From a virus: 64,000 nt of DNA. The position numbers and the translations under genes were made by a program. Shown here in pieces: positions 40,826 through 50,291 of the stretch; positions within the stretch are counted from its first letter, which is position 1; the number at the start of each line of letters is the position of its first letter. The stretch is taken from IMG/VR virus record IMGVR_UViG_3300013111_000141, positions 32,761-96,760 of that record. One strand, written 5' to 3'. The notes beneath the pieces are model-generated. The model was not told the origin of the DNA. It saw nothing but the letters and a program-made list of their open reading frames with translations, and did not search any database.

Positions 40826-41098
40826 TCAATCTTCCCAATCATAAGACTCACCTTCTTTAAGTCCATATTTTCTTGCCATTCTTCTGGCATGTTCTCCAAC
40901 ATAATTACCTTCTCCATATGTAGAAACAATCCATTTTCTTTCTTCTAATATTTCATCTCTCCGTATTGAACATACACGAACAATATCCAATAAGCAACGG
41001 CGTGCTCTTTTAGATGCAGAATAATTATTATTTAAAAATTTATCATTTTCTATCTTATACTCATCAACCAATCGTTGCAATTGTTCATGAGTCTCCAT
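40826..41098 (-). CDS. Histone H1/Hc1-like small basic protein
   Basis: ENDKF..N.SASKRARR.L......RRDEI. Confidence 0.5.
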   Translation of the reverse strand: METHEQLQRLVDEYKIENDKFLNNNYSASKRARRCLLDIVRVCSIRRDEILEERKWIVSTYGEGNYVGEHARRMARKYGLKEGESYDWED

Positions 41099-41099
41099 A

Positions 41100-41513
41100 T
41101 TATTTACGTTTCCCTATATTATATTTTGGAATCAACTCCCATTCTTCTTTTTCTTTGTATGGTATCACCTTTATCTGTGATATTGGTGCAATTTCAAACT
41201 CATCAGGTCTAACAACCGTAATCAATCCCCATTCATCAAGTAACTCAACAATCTTGTTTCTTCTAGCACGATCATTGTCAGAAAAATCTGACATTTTACC
41301 ATCTAATAAAAACAATTCCTTAAAATGTACAATATAATACTTATTCTTTTTGTGTAATATATGACACGATTGAAACAGTTTCTTCTCACGTTTAGAAGAA
41401 ACCCCAATACGTGTTAATGTTTCAATAACCCTAAGAAAATTATCCTCATCTTCTAATTCCACTTGAACCAATCTATCTACGACATCCATCATCTCCATAA
41501 ACTCCCATGTCAA
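41100..41513 (-). CDS. regA: Translational repressor RegA
   Basis: FLRVIETLTRIGV, LFQSCHILHK, YYIVHFKELF.LDG, KYNIG. Confidence 0.95.
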   Translation of the reverse strand: MTWEFMEMMDVVDRLVQVELEDEDNFLRVIETLTRIGVSSKREKKLFQSCHILHKKNKYYIVHFKELFLLDGKMSDFSDNDRARRNKIVELLDEWGLITVVRPDEFEIAPISQIKVIPYKEKEEWELIPKYNIGKRK

Positions 41514-41917
41514 TCACCCTTATACATAATATTTTTAATATCTTCAATTTGACACTCCGTTAAGATATCCATTACAACCTCAGTTTTTTTATTACTATAA
41601 TTATAATACTCCTTAACAAAGTCAAAATCCCTATGTTTTTTCTTCTTTGGCCAAGTCGCATATCGCTTACTCGGACGTATTATATTTAGTAAATAATCAA
41701 ACTGTAACTTATTATCTAAGTGATGTAACATATTCATTTCGTTTGAATATAAAATAGTATCCTTATACATAGAAAACACTTTACATATCATATATGGACT
41801 ATAATTAGTTGTCCAATTTTCATCATCAGAATCTAATAACTTCTCCTTCGTATATGATATAGAATTAACATAATCTTTAAAAAGGTCATAACTCATATCA
41901 TTTCCACTCACATTCAA
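41510..41917 (-). CDS. 62: Clamp loader small subunit gp62
   Basis: NEMN, QFDYLLN.IRP.KRY, VKEYYNYS; synteny. Confidence 0.88.
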   Translation of the reverse strand: MNVSGNDMSYDLFKDYVNSISYTKEKLLDSDDENWTTNYSPYMICKVFSMYKDTILYSNEMNMLHHLDNKLQFDYLLNIIRPSKRYATWPKKKKHRDFDFVKEYYNYSNKKTEVVMDILTECQIEDIKNIMYKGD

Positions 41918-42827
41918 CCATTAATTCAGTCAAACACGCAACTAAATTAATCTCATCGTTTGCAACAAAATATGATTTATACTGATACTCACCAAGAATA
42001 ATAACAGCCTGTGGGATTGACCGACTCTCAACATACTGATATAACCCATCATATATCAGTCGGAATATAGTATTAACATCATTATCTAAATTAGACACCA
42101 CCCACTTTCTCATTTCACTAAACTTTTTATTTTTTAATGAAACACATAAGTCTTTAATATCAGTAACATCCGATAATATGCCAACATCAATTACACCATT
42201 ACTAGAATATGACTGTAATTCATTAATACACCTACGCCAATCTGGGAAATAATCAACTAATAATGATCTAACAACATCTGATTCATATGTAACACCTTCT
42301 TCCTTTAAGATATAACACAGACGATTATAAAATTTAGAAGCTAATTTAGACTTTTCTTTATTATCTATATTAAAGTCAACAACACTACACCTACTATGTA
42401 GTGGTTTTATTATCTTATTCTTAAAATTACATGTGAAAATAAACCTACAATTATGTGAAAATTCTTCAATAAATCCACGTAAAGCTGGTTGTGCCATATG
42501 AGATAAATAGTCAGCCTCATCAATAATAATAACTTTATCTTTTCCATCCAAAGATACTGATGATGCATATTGTCTCAAAGTAGTACGTATACCATCTATA
42601 CCATTATCTTCAGTACCATTAACAAAGAGATAATCATAATTCAATTCTTCACACAAAGCCTTTGCAACCGTAGTTTTACCAACACCCGGTCCACCAGATA
42701 ACAACAGATTAGGCATAACACCGTTTTCCACTATAGAACTAAAGGTTCTACCTATACCATCTGGTAATATACAGTCATTAATAGTTTTAGGTCTGTATTT
42801 TTCCACCCATAAAAAATTATCACTCAT
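41898..42827 (-). CDS. 44: Clamp loader large subunit gp44
   Basis: LWVEKYRP, GPGVGKTT, IIDEADYL, LHSRC, FPDWRR. Confidence 0.95.
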   Translation of the reverse strand: MSDNFLWVEKYRPKTINDCILPDGIGRTFSSIVENGVMPNLLLSGGPGVGKTTVAKALCEELNYDYLFVNGTEDNGIDGIRTTLRQYASSVSLDGKDKVIIIDEADYLSHMAQPALRGFIEEFSHNCRFIFTCNFKNKIIKPLHSRCSVVDFNIDNKEKSKLASKFYNRLCYILKEEGVTYESDVVRSLLVDYFPDWRRCINELQSYSSNGVIDVGILSDVTDIKDLCVSLKNKKFSEMRKWVVSNLDNDVNTIFRLIYDGLYQYVESRSIPQAVIILGEYQYKSYFVANDEINLVACLTELMVECEWK

Positions 42828-42855
42828 AATAAAAACCCCATAATATATACATCAA

Positions 42856-43554
42856 TCAAACAGACTTATAATAAGAATCAGACTCCAATGACACCCAATA
42901 TTGAATAGATTCACTCTGATGTTTAAATGTTGCTAATTTACCACCAGAAACATCAATCTCATACGCACCATCATATAACTTAAGATTCTCAGACTTAAAA
43001 TATATCTTGAAATCATCATCAGATTTACCAACTGGTTCTCTAGCAATATCCGATAAATCACTCTTTTTATCTATTGCCACAAAATAAATAATGCCACTAT
43101 CCGTCATTAATGCATAATCTGGCAACGAATTAATGTAAGATACTTTCTTAATTCGTTGCAAACAATCATCAGACAAGACAACTGAAAAATCAATCTCTGG
43201 GAAATCCTTACTATTGTCGGGATTATGGTCAGAACCACCCATCTTAAATGTTTTTTTAGGATGAACAATTACAGTTTCATCCGAAGATCTAAACTCATAA
43301 GTTCTATCATCATTTGACATCATAATACAGTTTTCCATAAATTCCAAATTAGGATATATCTGTAAATTAGATAAAAATCTAGGCAAATCATATATGCCTA
43401 TCTTGTTAGGAAATACTTCATCAACATCAGCAGATACCAAAACATTTCTCATAATAGACATAGACGACAAACGGCTACCACTATTCAATAAAATTGATGG
43501 ATTTACTAATGCAAAATTTCTTAAAATTTGTTGTGTTTTCTCACTAATTATCAT
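42856..43554 (-). CDS. 45: Sliding clamp gp45
   Basis: ILRNFALVNPSI, IYDLPRFL, ENLKL..G.Y, YWVSLE. Confidence 0.88.
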   Translation of the reverse strand: MIISEKTQQILRNFALVNPSILLNSGSRLSSMSIMRNVLVSADVDEVFPNKIGIYDLPRFLSNLQIYPNLEFMENCIMMSNDDRTYEFRSSDETVIVHPKKTFKMGGSDHNPDNSKDFPEIDFSVVLSDDCLQRIKKVSYINSLPDYALMTDSGIIYFVAIDKKSDLSDIAREPVGKSDDDFKIYFKSENLKLYDGAYEIDVSGGKLATFKHQSESIQYWVSLESDSYYKSV

Positions 43555-43775
43555 GTTGTACTCTCCTGTTCATCTTTATATTCCAATTCATATCTACTTT
43601 GGGTATCTTCCTCCACCATTCTTTCTGATAAGTTATCTGAAGAAAATCGTCTCATCCTATCGAATTTTCTTTTCATCCCCATCATCATCTTTTCAATATT
43701 ATATTTTTTCGTGATAAGTTTCGTTCTTCTTATCTTCTTCAATTGTTTCCGTTTCTGCATATTTGTCATAGACAT
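43551..43775 (-). CDS. Basic hypothetical protein
   Basis: ORF downstream of a promoter with GAGG RBS. Confidence 0.5.
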   Translation of the reverse strand: MSMTNMQKRKQLKKIRRTKLITKKYNIEKMMMGMKRKFDRMRRFSSDNLSERMVEEDTQSRYELEYKDEQESTT

Positions 43776-43810
43776 TACTTTATATCCTCAATTATCATTC
43801 AATCAATACA

Positions 43811-43839
43811 AGTATAACACATAATTACATAATTGTCAA
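43811..43839 (-). promoter_or_regulatory. Sigma70-type early promoter for the gp45-44-62-regA-43 operon
   Basis: TTGACA-17 nt-TATACT with extended TG. Confidence 0.78.
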
Positions 43840-43842
43840 GTA

Positions 43843-45552
43843 TTATTGAATAATACTGAAATTACCAACCTTTTTATACGATATTATATTCTTAAACTTA
43901 TCATATAAAATATCACCTTTATGTGATATAATAAATATATTATGATCCACAAAAAATCCAATCAACCTCAAAAAATCTTCAGTACCATTAAAATCTAAAC
44001 TAGAATCAAATACTTCATCTAATATTAATAAATTAGTGTTTACTGAATTCTTCATCCTTGCAATATCTCTCCACGTGAACAATAAAGCCAAATCAATTCG
44101 CATTCGCTCACCTTCAGAAAAGGAACTATATGTGAACTTATCACGATTCCTAGAATTTATAGTTTCATTAAACTTCTCATCCAATTGGAAATTAACGTAA
44201 AAATTCATCTCCCTAAGATACTTATTAATATAATTATTAATAAGAGGTAAATAATATCTTATTATTGAATTCTTAACACCATCATCATTTAATATCCTAG
44301 ACACAATATCATAATAATGTCTATCTTCCAATAACTCTCGTTTTCGTTCTACATAATCATCATGTTCGTGAGTATATGATTCAAGATCGTCATATAACCC
44401 ATTGATTGAAGTATTATCATTTTGCATTGTTTCAGTTTCATTTTGAATGGATGTTATATTATTATTAATATGTTCAACATTCCAATTACACTCTGCAATA
44501 ATTGATTTATATTCTGAAATTTCACGTTCAACTAACTCAACCCTTTCTATATTCTCACTTATTCTTTCACATTCTAAAACAACTTCACTTAATGATGAAT
44601 TAATTTTATCAACCTTAGTATCACAATCACTAACCATGAACTCTTTATATTCGGAACATATGTTTTGTTTACATGATGGACATTCATCATTATTATGAAA
44701 CCATTCTATCATATCAACTTTAGTACGTATTATATTCTCAAGTTTATACCTTATCTTATCAATAGCAACCTTACGTGTCTTCAATTCAGTAATATCCAAA
44801 ACATCATCAGATATATTAACAATTTTAATTTCATTTTCTTTAATCTTGTCAACATGTTCTTTAATATTTAAGTTATACGTTAATATCTTATTATCATTTC
44901 GTTTAATAATATCATCAGTATTACGCTCAGTATCTTTAATATATCCTTCTTGTAATGATATTTTTTGTTCTAATAGATCTATTCTACCCGATACATCCAA
45001 TAATTCCACCTTACACTCAGAACTTTTAACCTTAATATTCTCATTCATAATGGAAAATATCTTAATATCAAGGATATCTTCAATTATATCTCGTCTATCT
45101 GATGTATTCAACTGCATAAATGGTATGAACGTGGCAGACCCTAATAAAACAGTTTGTGTAAATGATTTATAATTCAATTTTAATATATTACATTCTAAAT
45201 ACTTTTGAGAATCTTTAATCTTTGAATCCTGATCTAGTAAAATATCATTTATATATAACCTAAAATTATTAGGTTTAATTGAGCGGATTACCTTGTATTC
45301 ATTATCTCCTATTGTAAACTCTATCTCAATTACACAATCCTTATTATTAACAGAATTAACTAATTGGGGTTTATTAATCTTCCTAAATGATTTACCAAAC
45401 AATCCAAAAGTAAGTGCATCCAATATAGTAGATTTCCCAGAACCATTATCTCCAACTATTAATGTAGAATGATTAACATTTAACTCAACCTCCGTAAACC
45501 TATCACCAGTAGATAAAAAATTCTTCCATCTAATTCTTTCAAATATAATCAT
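43843..45552 (-). CDS. 46: Recombination nuclease ATPase subunit gp46 (Rad50-like)
   Basis: WKNFLSTG, GDNGSGKST, CPSC zinc hook, FSEGE, LILDEVFD, ISH. Confidence 0.95.
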   Translation of the reverse strand: MIIFERIRWKNFLSTGDRFTEVELNVNHSTLIVGDNGSGKSTILDALTFGLFGKSFRKINKPQLVNSVNNKDCVIEIEFTIGDNEYKVIRSIKPNNFRLYINDILLDQDSKIKDSQKYLECNILKLNYKSFTQTVLLGSATFIPFMQLNTSDRRDIIEDILDIKIFSIMNENIKVKSSECKVELLDVSGRIDLLEQKISLQEGYIKDTERNTDDIIKRNDNKILTYNLNIKEHVDKIKENEIKIVNISDDVLDITELKTRKVAIDKIRYKLENIIRTKVDMIEWFHNNDECPSCKQNICSEYKEFMVSDCDTKVDKINSSLSEVVLECERISENIERVELVEREISEYKSIIAECNWNVEHINNNITSIQNETETMQNDNTSINGLYDDLESYTHEHDDYVERKRELLEDRHYYDIVSRILNDDGVKNSIIRYYLPLINNYINKYLREMNFYVNFQLDEKFNETINSRNRDKFTYSSFSEGERMRIDLALLFTWRDIARMKNSVNTNLLILDEVFDSSLDFNGTEDFLRLIGFFVDHNIFIISHKGDILYDKFKNIISYKKVGNFSIIQ

Positions 45553-45555
45553 ATA

Positions 45556-46599
45556 CTACATCTCTCTCAGAACATCCATATATACATCATTCAATATAAC
45601 CTTCAATCTAGATTTATCTACATTAACATCATATCCATCTATATATTTTGATAATAATGATATAGTATCATCTTCTAATGATAATACATTTTCATTTAAT
45701 CTATCTTCAATTTCAATATCATCTATAATATCAACATCGGCTACATTATTTTTATACAACATATCAATAAATAAATCAAACTTATATATATCCAACTTTT
45801 CACGAACAATAACCTTAACAAATTTACCAGTATATTTAAGATAATCAACAGTCATATCATCATAATATTCAATCTTCTCAAACATGGTATAAGTATTCTG
45901 TATAAATTCTAACTCACGTGTCTCTGTATCAAATATATGGAATCCTCTTTTATCTTTATAATCCGACCAAGTTAACTCATAAGGATTACCTAGATATGTA
46001 ACATTTCCATCTGTAGATTTATGATGAAAATGTCCGCTATATACAACATCAAATTTATTAAATTTAGATTTATCAACACCATCAATACATTTAATACCAC
46101 CATTCATCAAAAACCCAGATATCTCTAAATGCCCCATTAAAATATCAGCATTAGTATCAGATATATGACTATCCACTTCATTATAATTATCATCATTTAT
46201 CCACGGACACATACATATATCAACCCCATCAAACTCAACAGTTTCAATAGAAGAATAAATTTTAGGTGAGTGTACATTATTACTATCTATCAAAGAATCC
46301 ATTGCATTAACTTTATTAGAATTCTTAAAATAAGTATCATGATTACCTATAATAATATGCATATCAATTTCATTATCATAAATCTTTTTAAGAAACCCAT
46401 TCTTAAATTTATGCAATATATTAAAATTTATAAATTTCCTACGATCTACTACATCACCCAAATGAATAACCGTATTAATATGTCTATCCTTTAATTCTTT
46501 AAAAAATATATTATCATAAAATTTCATCATATAATCATAAAATAATAAAGAATCGTTCCTGGCTCCCCAATGTGTATCAGTTATCAATGCTATTTTCAT
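45556..46599 (-). CDS. 47: Recombination nuclease subunit gp47 (Mre11-like)
   Basis: MKIALITDTHWG, HLGD, GNHD, GHLE, SGHFH. Confidence 0.95.
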   Translation of the reverse strand: MKIALITDTHWGARNDSLLFYDYMMKFYDNIFFKELKDRHINTVIHLGDVVDRRKFINFNILHKFKNGFLKKIYDNEIDMHIIIGNHDTYFKNSNKVNAMDSLIDSNNVHSPKIYSSIETVEFDGVDICMCPWINDDNYNEVDSHISDTNADILMGHLEISGFLMNGGIKCIDGVDKSKFNKFDVVYSGHFHHKSTDGNVTYLGNPYELTWSDYKDKRGFHIFDTETRELEFIQNTYTMFEKIEYYDDMTVDYLKYTGKFVKVIVREKLDIYKFDLFIDMLYKNNVADVDIIDDIEIEDRLNENVLSLEDDTISLLSKYIDGYDVNVDKSRLKVILNDVYMDVLREM

Positions 46600-47281
46600 T
46601 ATGTTTCTCACTTTTCTTAAGTTTTACAGGTTTAACACTGTTACGTGATATACGCTTATCTTCCTGAAATTTCTCAAATTCATGTAAGAATTTATCAATA
46701 TTACTTCTATTATCCCTAATATAATCTAAATAAGAATCCTTAACGCTAGTAACGTCATTATCATTCATACCATCAGATTCTAATGCATTAGAACTATATA
46801 TCGATTTATATTTGATATATAATTGTTTCTTCTCTTTCTGAATTCTTCTAATAAATGCAAAATATATTATCTGAGTGAAATATGAAAACGGATTATCTGA
46901 CTTGTCAGGATTAAAATTATTAATATATAATAAACAATTCTCAATACCATCACTAACCATATCATCTCTATAAGTATAATTTATAAAATTAGGTCTGTAC
47001 GATAAACCCTCGGATATTTTCATTATACATTCACATATATATGATGATACTTTAGGCGAAACTCTATATAAATGATAACTCTGTCGGGGTATTGGTAAAA
47101 TAAGATTTTCTAAAATATATATATTAATGTCTATATCGATAATATACCATGAGTAACGATTACCAACAGTATCTGAATAAGACTTATAATTAACATATGA
47201 TGTCCTATATATTATCATCTGTTTTAAAAACTCAGAATTATCAACATAATGTTGGGTTTTTTTAATATACCCTTTCTTCAT
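46577..47281 (-). CDS. 55: Late sigma factor gp55
   Basis: HYVDN.EF, RPNFINYTYRDDMVSDGIENC, NPFSYFTQI, AFIRRIQKEKKQ. Confidence 0.93.
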   Translation of the reverse strand: MKKGYIKKTQHYVDNSEFLKQMIIYRTSYVNYKSYSDTVGNRYSWYIIDIDINIYILENLILPIPRQSYHLYRVSPKVSSYICECIMKISEGLSYRPNFINYTYRDDMVSDGIENCLLYINNFNPDKSDNPFSYFTQIIYFAFIRRIQKEKKQLYIKYKSIYSSNALESDGMNDNDVTSVKDSYLDYIRDNRSNIDKFLHEFEKFQEDKRISRNSVKPVKLKKSEKHNENSIDN

Positions 47282-47315
47282 TTATATTCTCCATAATTAA
47301 ATACACATAATATGT

Positions 47316-47344
47316 ATTATACACTAATATTACCTATTTGTCAA
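47316..47344 (-). promoter_or_regulatory. Sigma70-type promoter for gp55-47-46
   Basis: Perfect TTGACA-17 nt-TATAAT. Confidence 0.82.
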
Positions 47345-47349
47345 CCAGC

Positions 47350-47378
47350 TTGACAATTCATCAATTTTATGTTATTAT
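47350..47378 (+). promoter_or_regulatory. Divergent sigma70-type promoter firing antisense (no downstream plus-strand gene)
   Basis: TTGACA-17 nt-TATTAT with extended TG; back-to-back with the gp55 promoter. Confidence 0.65.
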
Positions 47379-47400
47379 GGTTCTGTTGGGGGTTAAAGTT

Positions 47401-47718
47401 TTAATTAATATAGTATTTTCCAATTGGTTTAAAATCTATTAGATCATCCATAGTATTTTCAGTCACAATTGTCGATGTGAATTTATTATATATCATCATT
47501 ACTTCATTTGTTGGATTGTTAATTGTTATTATTTTATCATATGATAAAAATGATGTAATGTCATCTGTAAATATATTATCTTCCATAATATATATGTTGT
47601 TTTCTTTATATGATAATTTTAATATATTTGTAATATTAACACCACCATTATCCTCATCATATTCTAAGTCACCTATGATAAATTCATTTGTAATTAATTT
47701 AATAACATATATTGTCAT
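47401..47718 (-). CDS. Hypothetical Sm-like phage protein
   Basis: YVIKLITNEFIIG; lies between uvsW and 55. Confidence 0.6.
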   Translation of the reverse strand: MTIYVIKLITNEFIIGDLEYDEDNGGVNITNILKLSYKENNIYIMEDNIFTDDITSFLSYDKIITINNPTNEVMMIYNKFTSTIVTENTMDDLIDFKPIGKYYIN

Positions 47719-49214
47719 TCTATATTCATATTATTAATTTTAAAGTTAAATTTCTCTTCATTATATATATTTAATCTTTCATAAAAATGTTTACATACAA
47801 AGTTTACATATTTCTTATATCTTAAATCATCAACAATATCATATAAAATTGATATATTATTATTATCACTTTTACGTAATGCACGCCCAATTGACTGTAA
47901 ACTTCTAATACGACTTTTCGTTGGAGATGCAAATATAATATTGTGTAGATTTTTTATATTGATACCCGTAGAATAAGTTCCATATGATGCTATTATTATA
48001 GATTCAGTATCATTATTCTCAACCTTTAATCTTATTTCTTCTCTAATATCAGCTGATACTTGTCCAGAAATAAAATATATAGACTTATTTTTAATATTAT
48101 GTTTTATTAATTTATGTAATGGTATGCCATGTTTTTCTACATAATTATATAATATTAAAGTATTACCATTTAAGGATTGTGCTAAGTTACTTATTATTAT
48201 ATTCCTTCGTTTATTAGATATTATCCAATCCAGTTCTTCATGATATTTAAGTTTTCTTACTTCTTTACATTGAGATTCTTTATATTTTAATACAATACAT
48301 TGTATTTTAAAATCAGATAATGTGTTCGAATCTATTAACTTTTTTGTTGTTGTTATTTGTTTTATGTCACCAAATAATCCATTTAATACTAATTTATGTG
48401 TGTGTGTACCATCTAATGTGCCGGTTGTACCAAACCTATATTTACAATGAACTAAATTATTCATTATTTTTATAAGAGAGTTCGATTTAAAAGAATGACA
48501 TTCATCACCAATAACTAAACCAAATTGATCATAATATTCTCGTTTAAGTTTATATATCGACTGCCAAGTTGATATAATTACACATTTATCAGTATCTTTA
48601 GACTGCCCTTGATAGATTTTATGACACGACTTTTCAACGTTGAATCCATAATCTTTAAAGTCACCATACATTTGAGACACTAATGATGTGGTGGGCACAA
48701 TTATAAGAACTTTCTTATCGTTTAAATCTGGATGTAACAAGAAAAATCTAATAATAGAGTATATTATCAACGATTTACCGGAAGCAGTAGGAGACAACAA
48801 CACGGCACGACTGTTGTTAATCGCGTGCATAATGGCATCAAGCTGGTAGTCTCGGTAGACAATATCTTTACCCTTAGACTTTGGAGAAATATAACGAGAT
48901 AATTGACCCATGTCTGATTTGTTGAACTCTGTATTAGGGTCGGGAGTCTCAGTATCAACAACCCCATATCCGTTGATGTTGCAGAATTCTATTACTTTAT
49001 TTTTTAATCCTGTATATATTTTTCTGTCAACGGGATTAAATAATCTTATATTACCATCCCATATTTTCTTTTTATATGTGGGCATGAATTCTGCACCAGG
49101 AACTTTAAATGTAAAATAATCAACTAATTCTTTGAGTATATACATTTCCGGAGAATCAATTTGCAGATAAGACTCATCCAGTTTATGAATTATAATATGA
49201 TTATTATCCGTCAA
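47715..49214 (-). CDS. uvsW: SF2 helicase UvsW
   Basis: WDGNIRLF, RDYQ, SPTASGKS, STWQS, GDECH, GTTGT, QSIGRALR. Confidence 0.95.
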   Translation of the reverse strand: MTDNNHIIIHKLDESYLQIDSPEMYILKELVDYFTFKVPGAEFMPTYKKKIWDGNIRLFNPVDRKIYTGLKNKVIEFCNINGYGVVDTETPDPNTEFNKSDMGQLSRYISPKSKGKDIVYRDYQLDAIMHAINNSRAVLLSPTASGKSLIIYSIIRFFLLHPDLNDKKVLIIVPTTSLVSQMYGDFKDYGFNVEKSCHKIYQGQSKDTDKCVIISTWQSIYKLKREYYDQFGLVIGDECHSFKSNSLIKIMNNLVHCKYRFGTTGTLDGTHTHKLVLNGLFGDIKQITTTKKLIDSNTLSDFKIQCIVLKYKESQCKEVRKLKYHEELDWIISNKRRNIIISNLAQSLNGNTLILYNYVEKHGIPLHKLIKHNIKNKSIYFISGQVSADIREEIRLKVENNDTESIIIASYGTYSTGINIKNLHNIIFASPTKSRIRSLQSIGRALRKSDNNNISILYDIVDDLRYKKYVNFVCKHFYERLNIYNEEKFNFKINNMNIE

Positions 49215-49657
49215 GAAGCTTCCATGAATCGTTTAAAATCAATTAAATTCTTAACAGACCATCGTTTGTCACCCAATAAATCTAATGTTTTATCTATTAA
49301 GTATAATGTCTGTTTTGTCATTTCATATTTTAATTTATATTCACTTATATATTTATCACAATCTATCCATGACATTAATTCAGATTTAGATATTTTATTA
49401 CCATGTATTTCCCAACCTAAATCATTTATTTCTTTATCAGATAATTTACCATAATAATACAAAGTTCTTAATGCTGTTATTTTTTTATATTCTATAGATA
49501 TAGTTAATAACTTAGACTTATATATTTGTTGATATTCTAGCCATTTCCCAATCATTAATTGTGTATTAACTATTTCACCATTTTGATCACCAATAGTTAA
49601 TATATCAATTTCTAAATCGGATTTAGATTCTTTTATTAATGTTTCTAATGTAATCAT
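49211..49657 (-). CDS. uvsY: Recombination mediator UvsY
   Basis: Size, YYYGK, C-terminal WSVKNLIDFKRF; synteny gp3-uvsY-uvsW. Confidence 0.75.
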   Translation of the reverse strand: MITLETLIKESKSDLEIDILTIGDQNGEIVNTQLMIGKWLEYQQIYKSKLLTISIEYKKITALRTLYYYGKLSDKEINDLGWEIHGNKISKSELMSWIDCDKYISEYKLKYEMTKQTLYLIDKTLDLLGDKRWSVKNLIDFKRFMEAS

Positions 49658-50175
49658 ATTATATTATTTATTTTCTCCACTTTTAAATTAGTAAATTGAA
49701 AATCAACAATACAAGCAACATTATTAGTCATAGTATCAGTTGTCGTCAGTGTGACCTCAGATAATGAGGTAGGGAATACATCATAAAAAGATAATTTCAT
49801 TACTGGTTGTTGGTTATTATCATATAACAATAAAAATGCAGTTGATGTTATATGGTCAATAGTTTCTGTTAAAAATTCTCTTGACTTAAATCCCGAATAT
49901 TGTTGAAAATTATCTGGGAATCCTAATCCAGTAAACCATTCATATAATTCAAACCAGTTTTGTAAATCCTCATTAACTATAAATGAGATATTTATAGTAC
50001 CATAGGTTAACCTATCTCCAGGTTCTTTCCTTTGTATAAATGTAGTATCATGTGGAGTTTCACCTAGATTTATGGATGGAATGCCTATCGTCTGGATGAA
50101 CCCACTCAAAGAAGGACATAAGTCTACTTCAAATTTGAATGATTGGTTGTTAAAATAATTTGAGTTTATTTCCAT
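49654..50175 (-). CDS. 3: Tail tube terminator / tail completion protein gp3
   Basis: IPSINLG, PGDRLTYG, FIVNEDLQNW.ELYEW, FPTSLS. Confidence 0.82.
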   Translation of the reverse strand: MEINSNYFNNQSFKFEVDLCPSLSGFIQTIGIPSINLGETPHDTTFIQRKEPGDRLTYGTINISFIVNEDLQNWFELYEWFTGLGFPDNFQQYSGFKSREFLTETIDHITSTAFLLLYDNNQQPVMKLSFYDVFPTSLSEVTLTTTDTMTNNVACIVDFQFTNLKVEKINNII

Positions 50176-50203
50176 AATAATATACTGTTAGTTAGTTATA
50201 TTA

Positions 50204-50211
50204 TATTTATA
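50204..50211 (-). promoter_or_regulatory. T4-type late promoter
   Basis: TATAAATA upstream of gp3. Confidence 0.7.
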
Positions 50212-50228
50212 ACACAAATATTAAGCAT

Positions 50229-50254
50229 AAAAAAAGGGTCACCTAAGTGACCCC
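50229..50254 (-). terminator. Rho-independent terminator after gp23
   Basis: GGGTCAC-TTAG-GTGACCC followed by T7. Confidence 0.88.
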
Positions 50255-50291
50255 TTAATAATTTCTTAATGTTTATTATTGTTATATTAAA

